Shown here piece after piece: positions 21,419 through 40,609 of a stretch of DNA of 64,000 nt. Position numbers and translations under genes: made by a program. The stretch comes from the human T2T-CHM13v2.0 reference genome, Homo sapiens, in assembly GCF_009914755.1 (NCBI RefSeq), contig NC_060929.1. The stretch is one strand, 5' to 3'. Positions within the stretch are counted from its first letter, which is position 1. Each line of letters opens with the position of its first letter. The notes under the pieces are model-generated. The model searched no databases, had not been told where the DNA came from, and saw only the letters and a list, made by a program, of their open reading frames with translations.

Positions 21419-23166
21419 TCTGCTAATATATTTTAGTATAGTCTTAATAACAATTTGTCAATAAATATTACCTTTAAAGGCTAAAAACAAACCACTTTGG
21501 AGAGGAGTTTGCTTGGGAAGAGTATGCACTTCAGTTTCCCCCCTCCCTGGTCTCTCCACTATGTTTCTGCTTGGCTACTGTCCCTTCAGCTGAGCACTGT
21601 TCTTTATCTTCCCAGCACCAAGTTAGGGCCCTCTGTGTCCTCATAGTCTTAGGACTGCACTGTCATAGCACTGACTAAGTGAATTGTAATTGTATTCCGA
21701 TATTTCATCTTTTCTGCTAGATTGTGAACTCATAAAGGGCAGAGGTTGTGAATATTTATAGCCAGGAACCAGCATCATGTCCGGCACAAGCAGGTATCAG
21801 GCAATATTTAATGAAATCCAAGAGTGACCAGGAGCACCTCGTTCTCATCATTGCTTACACTGTCACTGCTCCTTCTCTGGAAGAGCAGTGGCTCCTGGGG
21901 AGAGCTGCTCTCAGCCTCATACAGGTCAAAAGGCCACTGCTCATGTCTCTGTGAAACATGTCTCAGCCTCACCAGAACAGATGACATACATGCAAATAGC
22001 ATGTGTGATGTACACAGCTGCTCCCCCCGCGAAACCTGATCGCTGCATCCGGCTGCTGCTGCTGACTTGTGTTTCATGTCACATCTTGGGAAGAGGCATC
22101 TTGAGTTGCCAGCAGTCTTGTTTGCTTGAGTTGTGCCCCTCTCTGGGGTGGGCCTGAAGTGAAACAGCCAGAAAGGAGCTCTTTTCACCCAAATAGGCTG
22201 TCGAATTACTGATGACTTCAGATGCCAAGAGGCTTTGATCAGGATTTCTGCACCGGGCCTTGTATAACCAGCAACACTTCAACCAGACTGCATTTCATTA
22301 GGATGGAAGCTCAACCCGGGCTGCTCTGGATTTTTTTTTTTAAGTCATTTAGCTGGTAATAGCTTGCACAGAAAGAGATGGTTCATTTAGCTCTGCTTCT
22401 TGTCCAGTTTTGTGGGGAAGCAAGCCTGTACTGTGGGAGTGGAAGTTGATATATTTTGTGTTCTCTGGATGCTACTGCAGCGGACCGTGCTTTCCCCACC
22501 TGTTTTGCATCCATTAGGAAACCTATATAGGGTTTTGATTGTCAAAGTTTGATTAGGTGCTAGGGTTGGAGTTGACGAGGTAGGAGCAAAGCAAGACCAA
22601 TTTATCCTGCTAACAGCCATTCTCTAACAAGCTGGTATTTGTTAGAAGGCATTTTCATATGACAAATGTTGGAAATTGTAATGGGCTTTAATAAAGTGTA
22701 GTAGGCAATCCGTCAAGCACAGGGCTAACCCCTTTATAACGTGGACCACGATGATTGTCTGCAAAGGGATGCTTCTCCCTCTACCAAAAAAGGCAAATAA
22801 TAACAATAAATCCTAGGGTCTTCTAGGATGAACTAATGAGCTAGTTCCAGGTCACACCCTTAAAAAATGGGAGCTCTGGATCTTCTGGAAGTGAGGCTGG
22901 GTTTGTCTTATGGCATGTGAAGATTGTGGATGATTCTGGCAAAGGATGGACATGAGATTTGGTGCAAATCACTTACTGTGTCTTGTAGTTTTACCATCTA
23001 TAAATTAAAGAGAGGAGATTATAAAAGGAGGTCTGGGTAACCCTCAATTCTGTGACTCTAAGTCCCTCTTCCTGTTGGGATCTATGTCATTGGCTGGAAA
23101 GGGCCCTGGTCAGAGGTTTGGGTAGCCTGGGTTTGGTGCCTGCTCTGCAGCTCCTAGTGATGTGAG

Positions 23167-23630
23167 TGTAGGGGTTGAACAGTGATCCTCCCCCACCAGA
23201 GACGTGTCCACATACTAATCCTGGAATCTGTGAATGTGATCTTATTTGGAATAAGAATGTTTGCAGATGTAATGAAGTTAAGAGTTTTGAGATGGGGAAA
23301 TCATCCTGGATTATCTGAGTGAACCCTAAATCCAATGGCCCATATCCTTGTAAGAGAGAGGCAGAGGGAGATTTGACATAGACAGAAGAGAAGGAGGCAA
23401 GGTGACCATAGAGGCAGAGATGGGAGTGATGTAGCCCCAAGCCAAGGAATGCAGGCTACCATCAGAAGGTGGAAAAAGCAAGGAGCATAGTTTCCTCTAG
23501 AGCCTCAGGAGGGAACACCCCCTGCTGACACATTGATTTTTGACTTCTGGCCTCCGGAACTGAGAGAGAAAAAATTTCTGCTGTTTCACAGCCACCAAGT
23601 TGTGGTAATTCATTACAGTGGCTGTGGTGA
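23167..23630 (+). mobile_element. MLT1C-like MaLR solo LTR
   Basis: 'tggaatctgtgaatgtgatcttatttggaataagaatgtttgcagatgtaat...gacttctggcctccggaactgagagagaa...gccaccaagttgtggtaatt' is typical of MLT1. Confidence 0.88.
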
Positions 23631-25941
23631 GCGTGAAAAGTACTGAAAATTGCTCTGAGTCTGTCTCCTCCTCGCAAACGTCAAATGAATAACTCTGACC
23701 TCACCATACAGTTGCTAAGAGGAAATTCCACATTAAAAAAATGCCCAGCATCATGCCTTGTGTATCAGAGGTGCTCAGCACGGGTAGTTAAAAGGAGAAA
23801 AAAGCAGCATTAGCATTTACTGGAATGTGATCCAGTCAGGATGCTGGAGTTGCAAGGGACAGAGCTACACAATGAACTAGGTTAGGTGTGGTTGAGAATT
23901 TATTGGGAGGTCCCTGTACCCGCAGAAAAGCAGATGTACAATTAAGCCCCAAGGAAAATAAAAACCAAAGAGGGCAATATCCCCAGAATTCTCTCTCGGC
24001 CTCTGTTAGGGCAGATGGCATCATCACTCACCGTGATGGACTTTCACGACCCAGCGAGAGTTCAGCATTTCCTACAGCTTCTGGCTCACGTTTTTACAAA
24101 AGTGACACTACCGATCTTCCCTCAGCATTTGTGGAAAGCCTCCCAGGAGGGATTCTGATTGGTCAGGCTGTGCTTAACCCAGAAGAGAGGAGAGGGCTGA
24201 GCAGATGAAGTCATAGCTGTCCACTTCCTTGCATCGGGCACGGTTTAGGAATGCAGAATACAAATATTGCTTTCAGCAAGCATCATCCTTTCCAGTTTGA
24301 TTAAATTATTTGGTGGAAATATTCAGAGACAAAGATGTTAAAGCTTTTACACCATTTGGCGCTGTTAAAATATAGCATCTGATTGGGTAACCCAGCCTAC
24401 TGTGGCTTCCTTTCAGCAGATCCTTCTCCAGCAAACTTGTGTTTCCAACACACACACACTGAAGAGAGGAGGACAGAGGAAGGCTTGAGTTGTAAAGCAA
24501 AAATCGCTGGGCTAGGCTTACGGGATTTGTGTCAAGTTCTGGATTTGCTGTTATTTCTCTAGGTCCTAGTTTCCTCCTCTATAAAATGGAGGTTGAGATA
24601 AACTTTTTCTTTTTTAACTGAAAATCTCTCAGGTCTCTCAAGGTCTCCAAGGGTATTGATGGAAGCCTCACTTTCATATTGTAAAAGAAGCTGTACACGT
24701 CCCCATGGTCATGAAATCAACAAGCGTCTTTATTACAGACTGGACTTACCCCAAGGTGGTCACTGTGGCTATTTTATACTTATCATCAGTTATTCAAATC
24801 TGTGCTTCATAAAATTTGGAAGAAATTAATTATTCCATAATAAATGCAATTTTTAAAAAACTGAAAACCTCTTTTAAGACATGTGGACACGAGGAAAGAG
24901 ACAGGCATGGGAAGAGGAGGGTGGGAGCAGTACAAATCTGAGACTCAGAGAGGTGGAAAGGTTTGCTAAGAAGTCAGCTGATGGGTGAGGTCGGGCATTG
25001 GGGCTAGTCAGTCTGACTTCAGATCCACGCATAAAGCCCCAACACCTTGATGTGGGCTAAATCCCTTCCTCTAGTAGGGGTCATGTTCCAGACCCTCTGA
25101 TGCCCTCCCTTCCCCCACCTCCTCCTCCCATCTCCTGTTCAGTGCAGAGTCAGCACACGCTGACCCAAGTCACTCTCCAGGAACCTTCTAAATGGCCAGC
25201 CCTGGGAGTAGCATGACTAACCCATAAGGCATTGCCAGGTAATTAACTTCAAGCATTTGCCTAATTAAGCAAAACGTAGAGCATAGAGCGCATGAATTCT
25301 TTAAAACACTACAGAGGATGGAGGGCCTGGGCTAAGTCCAGAGGCTGAGGCAGACTCCATCCCCAGGCTTGCTCACTCCTGGAAGGAGCCAGATGAGTGG
25401 CAGAAGCTTGTGGCACCTGTGCACCTGGATGCAATTATTACTTTCTTTGGTATCCCTCATCCCCTCCTCCCTGAATCATTTGTCTTCCTCTCTAAAGTGT
25501 TCCCATGGTACCATGTTTGTCTTTCTAAAAAATGACTAATTACATATCATATTATAATTGTTTTATTTTTCTGTCCCTGCCAGACTAAGCTTCTAGCTCA
25601 GGGGATGAGGCAGGCTCAGAAGAAATAGTGACTAAAGAAGTGAATGAATGAATGAGTGAATGAATGAATGGAAAAATAGACCTATTTCTTCTTTTCCCCC
25701 TTTGCCTTGTGCTTAAATGACACAGTGTCAATTTTCTTAAGAGAGCTGCCTACTAAACAAATCCCTCATATGCATGTAGCCAGACCAAACTCTGAAATGT
25801 GTTACTCATACTCAGAGAATGCCTCTGTCATTCAGAGTCTATCAACTTTCTTCACAAGATAAGCAAAATCTCTCCTGGAGCTTTTGACTTTCCATGAGCT
25901 TCATCAAAGGCTATTCTAGATTTGTTACAAAAGACCTCACA

Positions 25942-29860
<3,919 letters not shown>

Positions 29861-29862
29861 TT

Positions 29863-30168
<306 letters not shown>

Positions 30169-31217
30169 TTTTTTAAAACCCTCACATATCTTGTAGGGGA
30201 AGTGCAAAATGGTCTTTATCACTAGACTAATCGCTCCATGAAGTCTGAGGCCATGTCTTCCTTTATTTGTTGCTCTAAGTCCAGGGCTTACCACAGAGCC
30301 TGGCACACAGAATGCCATACATATATACATACTCACACACATATATACACATACACCCCCCCACATATACATTTATACATACACACACACACATTTCACA
30401 TACATAAAACCTCAAGTCCCTAACCCCTGCTTCAGCTAGAGAATTTCTGTTTTTATCAGGCATCTGAATACGAGTCTTTCTGAAAAAAGAGTTCTGCTGT
30501 GCCACATTAAGTTTGACCATCATTCATTGGACTAGATAATGCCTTAGTGCCCTTCCAGCTCTGACAGTCATCAAATTAACACCTGGTCTCATTTGTACAG
30601 GTTAAGGATCCACCGAGAATAGGTTTATGGTAATTTGTTATTTATATTATCTTGTGATATTCTTTTCCAATAGTGAAGTAATCCCAGGTAGATGACAAAA
30701 ACTAAATGTATTTTATTTTCAACCTTCTCTTGAGCTTCTAAACTTGGAATCTGTGTGCTTGAAGCAGTAGAGAAATCTCCAAAGAGGCTCTTGTTTGGCC
30801 CATGTTGATCTGTTCCGCTCCAGCTCAAAGGCAGTAGCAGCAGATAACAATCAGCAATGCTTGCAATTCATAGCCATTGCCACATGACTGTTGGCCTAAC
30901 TGGCACCAGCGTTCAGGCAGTAAAACATGTCCATCCATTTTTCTGTAATGGAATAGACAAAAAATGTTATCCTCTTAACATTGACACCAGAATTCTTCTA
31001 AGGGAGGGAATAACCTTTGTTTGAGAAAAGTATCTTTGTAAGTGTTTGTGAGAAGATGTTGAGGTGTTGAAAGTCAAAATATTGGCTGGCTCAAAGTTCC
31101 AGAGGCTTGTGTATGTGTAGGTATAGGAAGTTGTTCTGTATATGACAAGGAGTGAATTTGTTGCTCCAAAGTGGGAAGCTGGAGGGATGGGAGAAGAAAG
31201 AAGAAAGAAGTGGGGAG

Positions 31218-31735
<518 letters not shown>

Positions 31736-32885
31736 TTAAATAAATTTTACTGTTGTATCATTTTTGCACAGACTTTTTATTTGTATGTGCTTTTTCTTTA
31801 AACTCAAAATTTCATCTTAGAAGGACAGAGTGCAGAACAGAGACAACATCCAAGGAGATAAAAACTCAAGGAAATGGAGGAAGATGAGGAGGAGATGAGA
31901 AGTAAGCCCTTGGTGATAAAGCTTTGGACTTCTACAGGCTCTGAAGAAAGAAACTTGGGACAAAAGTTACCTAATTTTCAGGGAGCACGAAGAACTAGCT
32001 GACTTCTAGGATGCCTGTCCTCAAAACATTTCATTATCCCCACCTGGCATAGAAATGAACTGCAGTGACATGGTACAGGGCACACTGGAGGACTTCTCTT
32101 GAGGCCACATTACTTTTCCTTACACTGTAAGTTTATTTGGTGCAGCCGAGAGTGGCTGATGGAGCTAAAGAGGAGGATCACGGCACCAACCCCTCAAGCT
32201 AAAAGTTGATGCTTCTGGTCAGTAATTCCCTCAGACCCAGGCAAGGGGTGCCCTGCTCTGTGCCCTGAACTTCCCTTTATAGAACCTTCCATGTCGAAAG
32301 GATGCAAAAAATTCCAGGTGCAGGGGATGATCCAAACCCCTCAACATCCACTTCATTACGAACACTGTTCAGGCTCCTGGAAGGCTTTTCCATGTCTTTT
32401 GCCTTCTGTCCTTGAAACAAAAGGTAGACAGGTTCAAATGCTAGGAGCCTTTGTGCATTCCACCCTTATCAACACTGAAGTTGCCGCAGCTTCAAAGAGT
32501 AGAGAGTATGACAGCTGCAAGAGGGCTTGGGTAAGAGAAAAGATAAATTAATTAACTTGCCCAGTCTTTCTTCTTGGATAGTATGAGTGTATGATTCCAC
32601 ACAAAAACGCCAGGTTTTCTATTTTATTACTTTGCTTTGCTTTCCAAATCAGGGGTTTGAGATGAATTTATGAACTGGCATAGGTTTTGCAACAGTTGCA
32701 CGTGGAGGCTGAGGGACAGTCTGCAATCTTGAGCATCTGGCTTTACACTCAAATTTGCACCTACGTAGGTCTACATATAACATGCACGAAGCATGATACT
32801 GACTCCATTTTAGCAGCTAGGTGGATGTTGAAGCAATTTCTTAAAATGTTTAAATGTGAAAATATTTAAAATGTTTAAAAATTCA

Positions 32886-33945
<1,060 letters not shown>

Positions 33946-35022
33946 TATACACAAAATTAAATAAATTATATCTTAACATACTGCTCTTACAAGTAATTCT
34001 ACTTTTTATATTCATTAATTATAATTTATATTTTGCCCTTTAATTTTAATAAATAATTTTGAAAATTTTAAATTTCTTTTTAGAAAATATATAATGGAAA
34101 AATCCTTTTTATTGTTTAGCTTTTTTCAGTTACTTTATGTTTTTGATAAAATAGATCCACATTTTAAATACTTTAAGTAGAAATAGTTTACTTAACAGTT
34201 AAGTTGATTCTCAACTTTTAAACGTTTAGACACAGGATAAGCTGCCCTCCATCTGGCTCATGTTCTCGGTCCTGCAGACGGAGGAGCCTCCTGCTGCTCT
34301 GATAATGGGTCCTCCCTGAGGACCCAGCTGCTTCCCAAGCAGCCTGTTGCTGTTGCTCTTGATATTTATTCTGCCCAGGAAGACTTTCTGGCCATTCTCT
34401 GCCTCCTGAATGCCTAACCACACCTCAAAACCCAGCTCTGATGTGACCTCCTCCAGGAAGCCCTCAGTCATTCCGACAGAATAAATGTGCCCATCTGTGT
34501 CACTGCATGATATGTCTACCCCTCTATTAGTACACACATTTCATGCATTATTGTTTGTTTTCTCATCTGTTTCCTGCTCCAGGCTATAAGCTCCTTGAAG
34601 TCAGCTACTACGCCTCATACATCTTTAGTCCCCAATCTCTAGCTCCATGAAGTGAATCCACAAATGGCTGTCAAAGAACTTTATATTTTCTCGATAATTC
34701 AATCATTGTTTTAAATGGAAGGAGCTATAGGACTGAATGGAACTCTTCTAAGCACTAAAAATTCTCTTTAGACTTTGTTTTGGGGGGCAATGCATTCTTA
34801 GACCGCCATTCATTAATCTGGCTACCTGTACCCAACACCTATTATCACCTTTCTGATTTGCTGCTTGAGAAAACAAAGATCAAACAGGTTCTGAGTGAGG
34901 AGGAACTGACGGCTCACCTCTGAGGATGATGCATGGACATTAGTACATGAGCTTGGGGACAGCTAGTCCAGCTCCTACAAGACTCTATTCCTTCTGCCAG
35001 CTGGGTGAGGGTGCCAGATAGG

Positions 35023-35152
35023 GAGGGTGATCTTCTCTCCTTGTTTGCCTGTCATCACCCAGGTTTACACCTATTGTCCCAACATAATTATTAATATTAC
35101 CCACTTTCACTCTCAAATGTGTCCCAGTTTCACAATAAGTTATACGATCAAG
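35023..35152 (+). mobile_element. MER94-like hAT-Blackjack MITE
   Basis: 'agggtgatc...ggtttacacctattgtcccaacataattattaatattacccactttcactctcaaatgtgtcccagttt' matches the recalled MER94 consensus. Confidence 0.75.
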
Positions 35153-35356
35153 TATGGTGAGTGATCCCTTAAAAAAAAGTGATGTGACATTGCCTTCCCT
35201 AGGGCATGTCATGGTCATTTTAAAAAAATGGAGAAATGAGAATGATGTTCTAACCTTCTAAATTCTACATGGTGACTGGTTCTTTTACCTTCTCACATCA
35301 ATCCATTTTCATAATCCTGAAAAACCTCAGTGCACTGAGCTTCCCAAACAATCCCT

Positions 35357-35625
35357 CCCTTCCCCACATCCTTCCCCACCTCTTTCCCCATCTCCTTCCC
35401 CACATCCTTCCCCACCTCTTTCCCCATCTCCTTCCCCACATCCTTCCCCACCTCCTTCCCCACATCCTTCCCCATCTCCTTCCCCATCTCCTTCCCCACC
35501 TCCTTCCCCACCTCCTTCCCCACCTCCTTCCCCACCTCCTTCCCCACCTCCTTCCCCATCTCCTTCCCCACCTCCTTCCCCATCTCCTTCCCCACCTCCT
35601 TCCCCATCTCCTTCCCCACCTCCCT
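35357..35625. repeat. 12-bp minisatellite (CTCCTTCCCCAY)n, about 22 copies
   Basis: Direct reading; it produces the LLPH / GKEV / WGRR repeat ORFs in the track. Confidence 0.97.
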
Positions 35626-35669
35626 ACCTCCCCACACACATAAATATTTGTGAAATTCAGAAAACCATA

Positions 35670-35975
35670 TTATTTTATTTTTGTTTTAGAGACAGGGCCT
35701 CATTCTGTCATTCAATTTGGAGTGCAGTGATTTGATCATAGCTCAATGCAGCCTCATCCTTCTGAGCTCAAGCAATCCTCCCACCTCAGCCCCTTGAGTT
35801 GCTGGGACTACAGGTGTTCACCACCACACCTGGCTAATTTTTTAAAATTATTTTTAGTAGAGATGAGCTTTCTCTATATTGCTCAGGCTGGTCTCAAACT
35901 CCTGGGCTCAAGCAATCCTCCTACCTTGGCCTCCCAAAGTGCTGAGATTACAGGTGTAAGCCCTTGCACCTGGCC
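35670..35975 (-). mobile_element. Alu (AluJ-like)
   Basis: Reverse Alu with 'gggctcaagcaatcctcc'; degenerate TSD cagaaaaccatatt / cagaaactatatt. Confidence 0.93.
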
Positions 35976-38609
35976 CAGAAACTATATTCTTAGAAGTTAC
36001 TGGAATGTAAGCTTTCGAAGGGAAAGTAGTATGTTGTACAACTTTGCCAAGGTGAATAATATGGGATGGAATAAATGCGAGTCTGAAAAACAGTCTGTTT
36101 GCGACCTGGGCTGACACACTTTTGCTTAGAGGTGTATGAGGAATGCATTGCCCAGAGCTCGTTCAGGGACTACAACCCAACAGCTGGGCCTCCTCTGAGC
36201 TCTCCTGGATGGATCTTTCCACCAACCCTCTGGTGACGGAGGAATCCTGCCATTGGCTTCCTTCCCTGCCCACATTCCTGTGTGGTCTAATAAGAGCATA
36301 CCCTTTGATTTTTCTGTCGCTTTAAGGGATGAGGAGAGGGGAACGCTGAGGAAAATACCAATTCATACTATACCTTTACAAAGGCAAAAAAGAAGAAAGA
36401 GGGAGCCATAATTACTCTCTGCCCCCAGGTCCTGATGGAGTGGTGAGTCTCTCAGACACTTTAAGTCGGCGCCACAAATTGTGTAAGAACTGACCTGGCG
36501 GCCTGCCTGGGCCACGTGACAGCCATATCTGATAATTTTGGCAAGGCGAAGTGGGGTGGTGAGGGGCCAGGACCCAGGAGGCAGAGAATGGGGCAAGGAA
36601 GGGGACAACAAAACCCTGGAAAATGAAGAATAAGAGGGGCATGGGAATATTGATCCCTGTTCCAATTCCATGAACTGGGGGCCCTTCTGCCTTGTGCCTT
36701 GCTCTGGGCTGCCTGGTGCAGGATGAGGCTGCTTCAGTGCTCGCCCATTCCCCTCATTCCCGGACCCCAGTCTTCGTGCTTTGCCTATGGAAAACTATAA
36801 ATTGCCCCTCCCTTCTTGCTAGTAGGGTAGCCCATCCACCTCCTGAACTGGGATTTTGAAGATTACTGCTTGTGGGGGTGGGTGGGGGTTGTGGGAGGCA
36901 AAAATGGGCAAATAAGTCCAACACTAGTTCCTTCCCCCTCCTCTGTGCCAGACCTGTCCCCACACGGTCACATATTTTTTCCTTGTGTCATTCTTACCAG
37001 AACCGGAAGTGGTGATTTCTATTGCTGTTTTGCACAGAAACACCGATGCTCACAGAACACGAAAAGGCTAGCTCTGCTTTGCCCGTGAGCAGCAGAGCTG
37101 GGGTCTGAACCCAGACACATCTGGGCCTCTCCAGAGGGTCCAGGGCCTCTCCAGAGGGTCCAGGGCAAAGGCCCTCTCGCCACACTCACCCTCCCCTCTT
37201 TCGATGTCTTGCCAGTTGTCAAGCCTGGACTCATGCTGCGCCCTGCCCCACCCATTGCTCCTTCTCTACGTGTGGATTTCTAGGCTACCCCTCAAAGTCC
37301 AGGGCTAAGATCCTGTTCTCTGACCACTCCCCAGTCTCAAAGCTGCGAGGGTTTTCTATTCCCTCAGCCCTTTGTATATCAATTATGAGATACACTACTT
37401 TTTTTAATGCTAAGATAATTTTTTCCATATTTTATCCTTTCTGATATCAGAATATGAGTGTGTAACATACTAACTTATGTTCCCTAAAATGATGCTCTTG
37501 AGTCAATTGCATTTCTCACAGTTGATGGGTCATAGTAGTGAAGACGCCTGGCTGGTGTGAAAATTAGTCCTTCATGCATCTGTCTCCCTCCCCCCGTGGT
37601 GAGCTTTCAGGCAGGGGCCCATGTTTGGTCACCTTTGTGTCTCAGTAGCAGCCCAGGGTGGGAACCCTGGGCTTCTCAGTAAATGCACTTGAAAAGTAAA
37701 AATGCTTGTATGTGTTACTAACAGAAGGGTCTTATTTAATCCTTAAATAGACCCTGTGAAGCATCTATTATTATCCTCAAAGAAAGTCATTACTTTCCTC
37801 ATTACAGATGGTAAATGGAGGCTCAGAGAGCTTTAGTAATTTTCCCCAGGTCACATAGCTAGGAAGCAATGGAGTTTATTTGCACTTGCACAGTCTGGAC
37901 ATACTGGTGTTGGCAAACAAACTCTATATGATATGGAAAAAGGAAGAAAGAACACTCAAAGTAACTGTAAATTAAACAAGGCAGACTGGAGCTCAATATA
38001 AGCTTCAAAGTCCATTTCTTGACTGTGATATTCATATATGTGTATTCAATTGTCTGCACAGACAACTACAACTACAATGATTTTACAGGTATAATTACAA
38101 GTATAATGCCAGCTGGCTACATCTCACTAACAATAAAGGGACAATTAGAGCCTTAATCTGGCTAATAATGCATACCAAAAGCCTGGCTTCTGGGGGGCAG
38201 AGGGGAAGAATTTTCTCTATCTCATTTCTAAGCCCAGAACTCTTCTTGGTTCCAAGGCAAATGTGCAGCTTTGCTTAGAATTGATGGCTCACTGGTTTGA
38301 AACTGTGCCAGGTTCTTCGTACTTTATATGTATTTTAATTTCCTGGTATTCTTTGGTACTGTGTCATTTCACTAAGGGGACTCTGCCATATTTTCAAATA
38401 GTTCAATAAAGGGCAGGTCATTGTGCTGACTGGTTGGAATTCCAGTGTTCACATCTGATCCTCTCCATGCAGCCAGGGTCAGGAGAAGCAGAACAGGTAT
38501 TTCAAGGTTCTTATCTCCCAGGACAGTGAAAATGAACATATAATGAACAGAGCCTGTTGCAGAGGGGGAGCCAAACAACTGCTGACCAAAGCAAGAGAGC
38601 AAGCAAGCA

Positions 38610-38637
38610 AGAGAAGAAGAAAGAAAGAAAGAAGAAA

Positions 38638-38699
<62 letters not shown>

Positions 38700-38815
38700 A
38701 AAGAAAGAAAGAAAGAAAAGAAAAAGAAAGAAAGAAAGGAAGAAAGAAAGAAGAAAGAAAGGGAAAGAGAAAGAGAAAGAGAGAGAGAGAAGGAGGGAGG
38801 GAGGGAGGAAAAGAG
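38610..38815. repeat. (GAAA)n / (GGAG)n polypurine microsatellite
   Basis: About 200 bp composed essentially only of A and G. Confidence 0.97.
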
Positions 38816-39154
38816 AGCTGCCAATCTTATATGGACCTGTACCAAGATGGAGTGATGGCCTGGACTTCAGAGTAGGAGTCTAGCACAGTGGTTAAATGGC
38901 CTGGATTCTGGGGTCAGGACAACCCGAGTTGGAAGATTGGATCTGGCTCCTCTTGGAAGAACTTGAGGGAAGCTCCTTCCTCAACCTTGAAAGCCTCGAT
39001 TGCTCCATTGGTATAAGAAGACGATGATCACAGTACCTTCCTCCAAGGTTTATTTCAAGGACTAAAGTGATTCCAAAGTCTGTAACCCACTGCCCAGCTG
39101 ATAGTGAGCCTCAGTAAATATGAACAATTATTTTCCTATTTTTTAGTAGCCCTC

Positions 39155-40090
39155 ATTTTTTTACAGCAGATTTAGGTTCAGACCAAAATTAAGGGGAAAG
39201 TACAGAGATTCCCTATACTCCCTGTCACAATACATGTACAGCCTTTCCCATGATTAACATCCCACGCCAGAGAGGACATCTGTTGTAACTGATGAGCCTA
39301 CATTGTCACATCATTATCCCCCAGAGTCCACAGTTTACATTAAGATTCACTCTTAGCGTTGTACGTTCTGTGGGGTTTGACAAATGAATGATGACTTGTA
39401 TTCACGACTGCAGTATCATACAGAATAGTTTAACTGCCCTAAAAATTCTCCATGTTCTTCCAACTTATTTCCCTCCTACTCCATCTCTGGAAACCTCTGG
39501 TCCTTTTACTGTCCCCATATTTTTTCCTTTTCCAGAATTTCATTAAGTTGGAATCATATAGCATGCAGCCTTTTCAGACTGGCTTCTCTCACTTAGTAAG
39601 AGGCATTTAAGATTCCTCCATACCTTTTCATGACTTGATAGCTCATTTCTTTTTAGTATTGAATAACATTCTGTTGTCTGGATGTACCACAGTTTATTTA
39701 TTCATTAACCTACTGAAGAACATCTTGGTTGATTCCAGGATTTGGCAATTATGGATAAAGCTGCTATAAACATCCTTATGTGGGTTCCTCTGTGGACATA
39801 AGTTTTCAGCTCATTTGGGTAAATACCAAGGATTGTAATTGCCGAATCACATGGTAAGGGTGTGTTTAATTTAATAAGAAATGGTCCCATTTTCTTCCAA
39901 AGTGGCTGGACCTTCTTGCATTCCCATCAGCCATGAATGAGAGCTGCCATTGTTCCACATTCTTGCCAGCATTTGTTATTGCCAGTGTTTTGGATTGTGG
40001 CCATTCTAATAGGTGTGTAGTGGTATCTCATTTTTGTTTTAATTAGCAATTCCTTAATGACATATAATGTTGAGTCATTTTTTATTGTTT
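39155..40090 (-). mobile_element. Old L1 3' fragment (L1MC/MD-like)
   Basis: Reverse 'tttaggttcagaccaaaattaaggggaaagtacagagattccc' 3'UTR and an ORF2 C-terminal remnant (39705-39890 ILGIYPNELKTYVH...MFIAALSIIAKSWNQPRC). Confidence 0.85.
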
Positions 40091-40264
40091 TCTTATTATC
40101 CTATAAGGTTTCTGTAAGAATGAGATGAGCTGATAGAAAAGAGATTAGCACAGCGCTAATCTCTGAACAAAATAATTGTTCAGTCAACTGGAGGTTTAAA
40201 ATAGAAAGCATCATTATTGACCTGGAATATTGGGGTATCTTTTTTCTCAGTTTGATGGATGTAG

Positions 40265-40609
<345 letters not shown>

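Noticed and set aside
35269-35643. Three repetitive ORFs (LLPH, GKEV, WGRR repeats)
   Set aside because: Artefacts of a 12-bp tandem repeat that lacks stop codons.
38372-38883. Lys/Arg/Glu-rich and Phe/Leu/Ser-rich ORFs (also 33668-33883 and 58609-59098)
   Set aside because: Translations of purine microsatellites and poly(A) tails.
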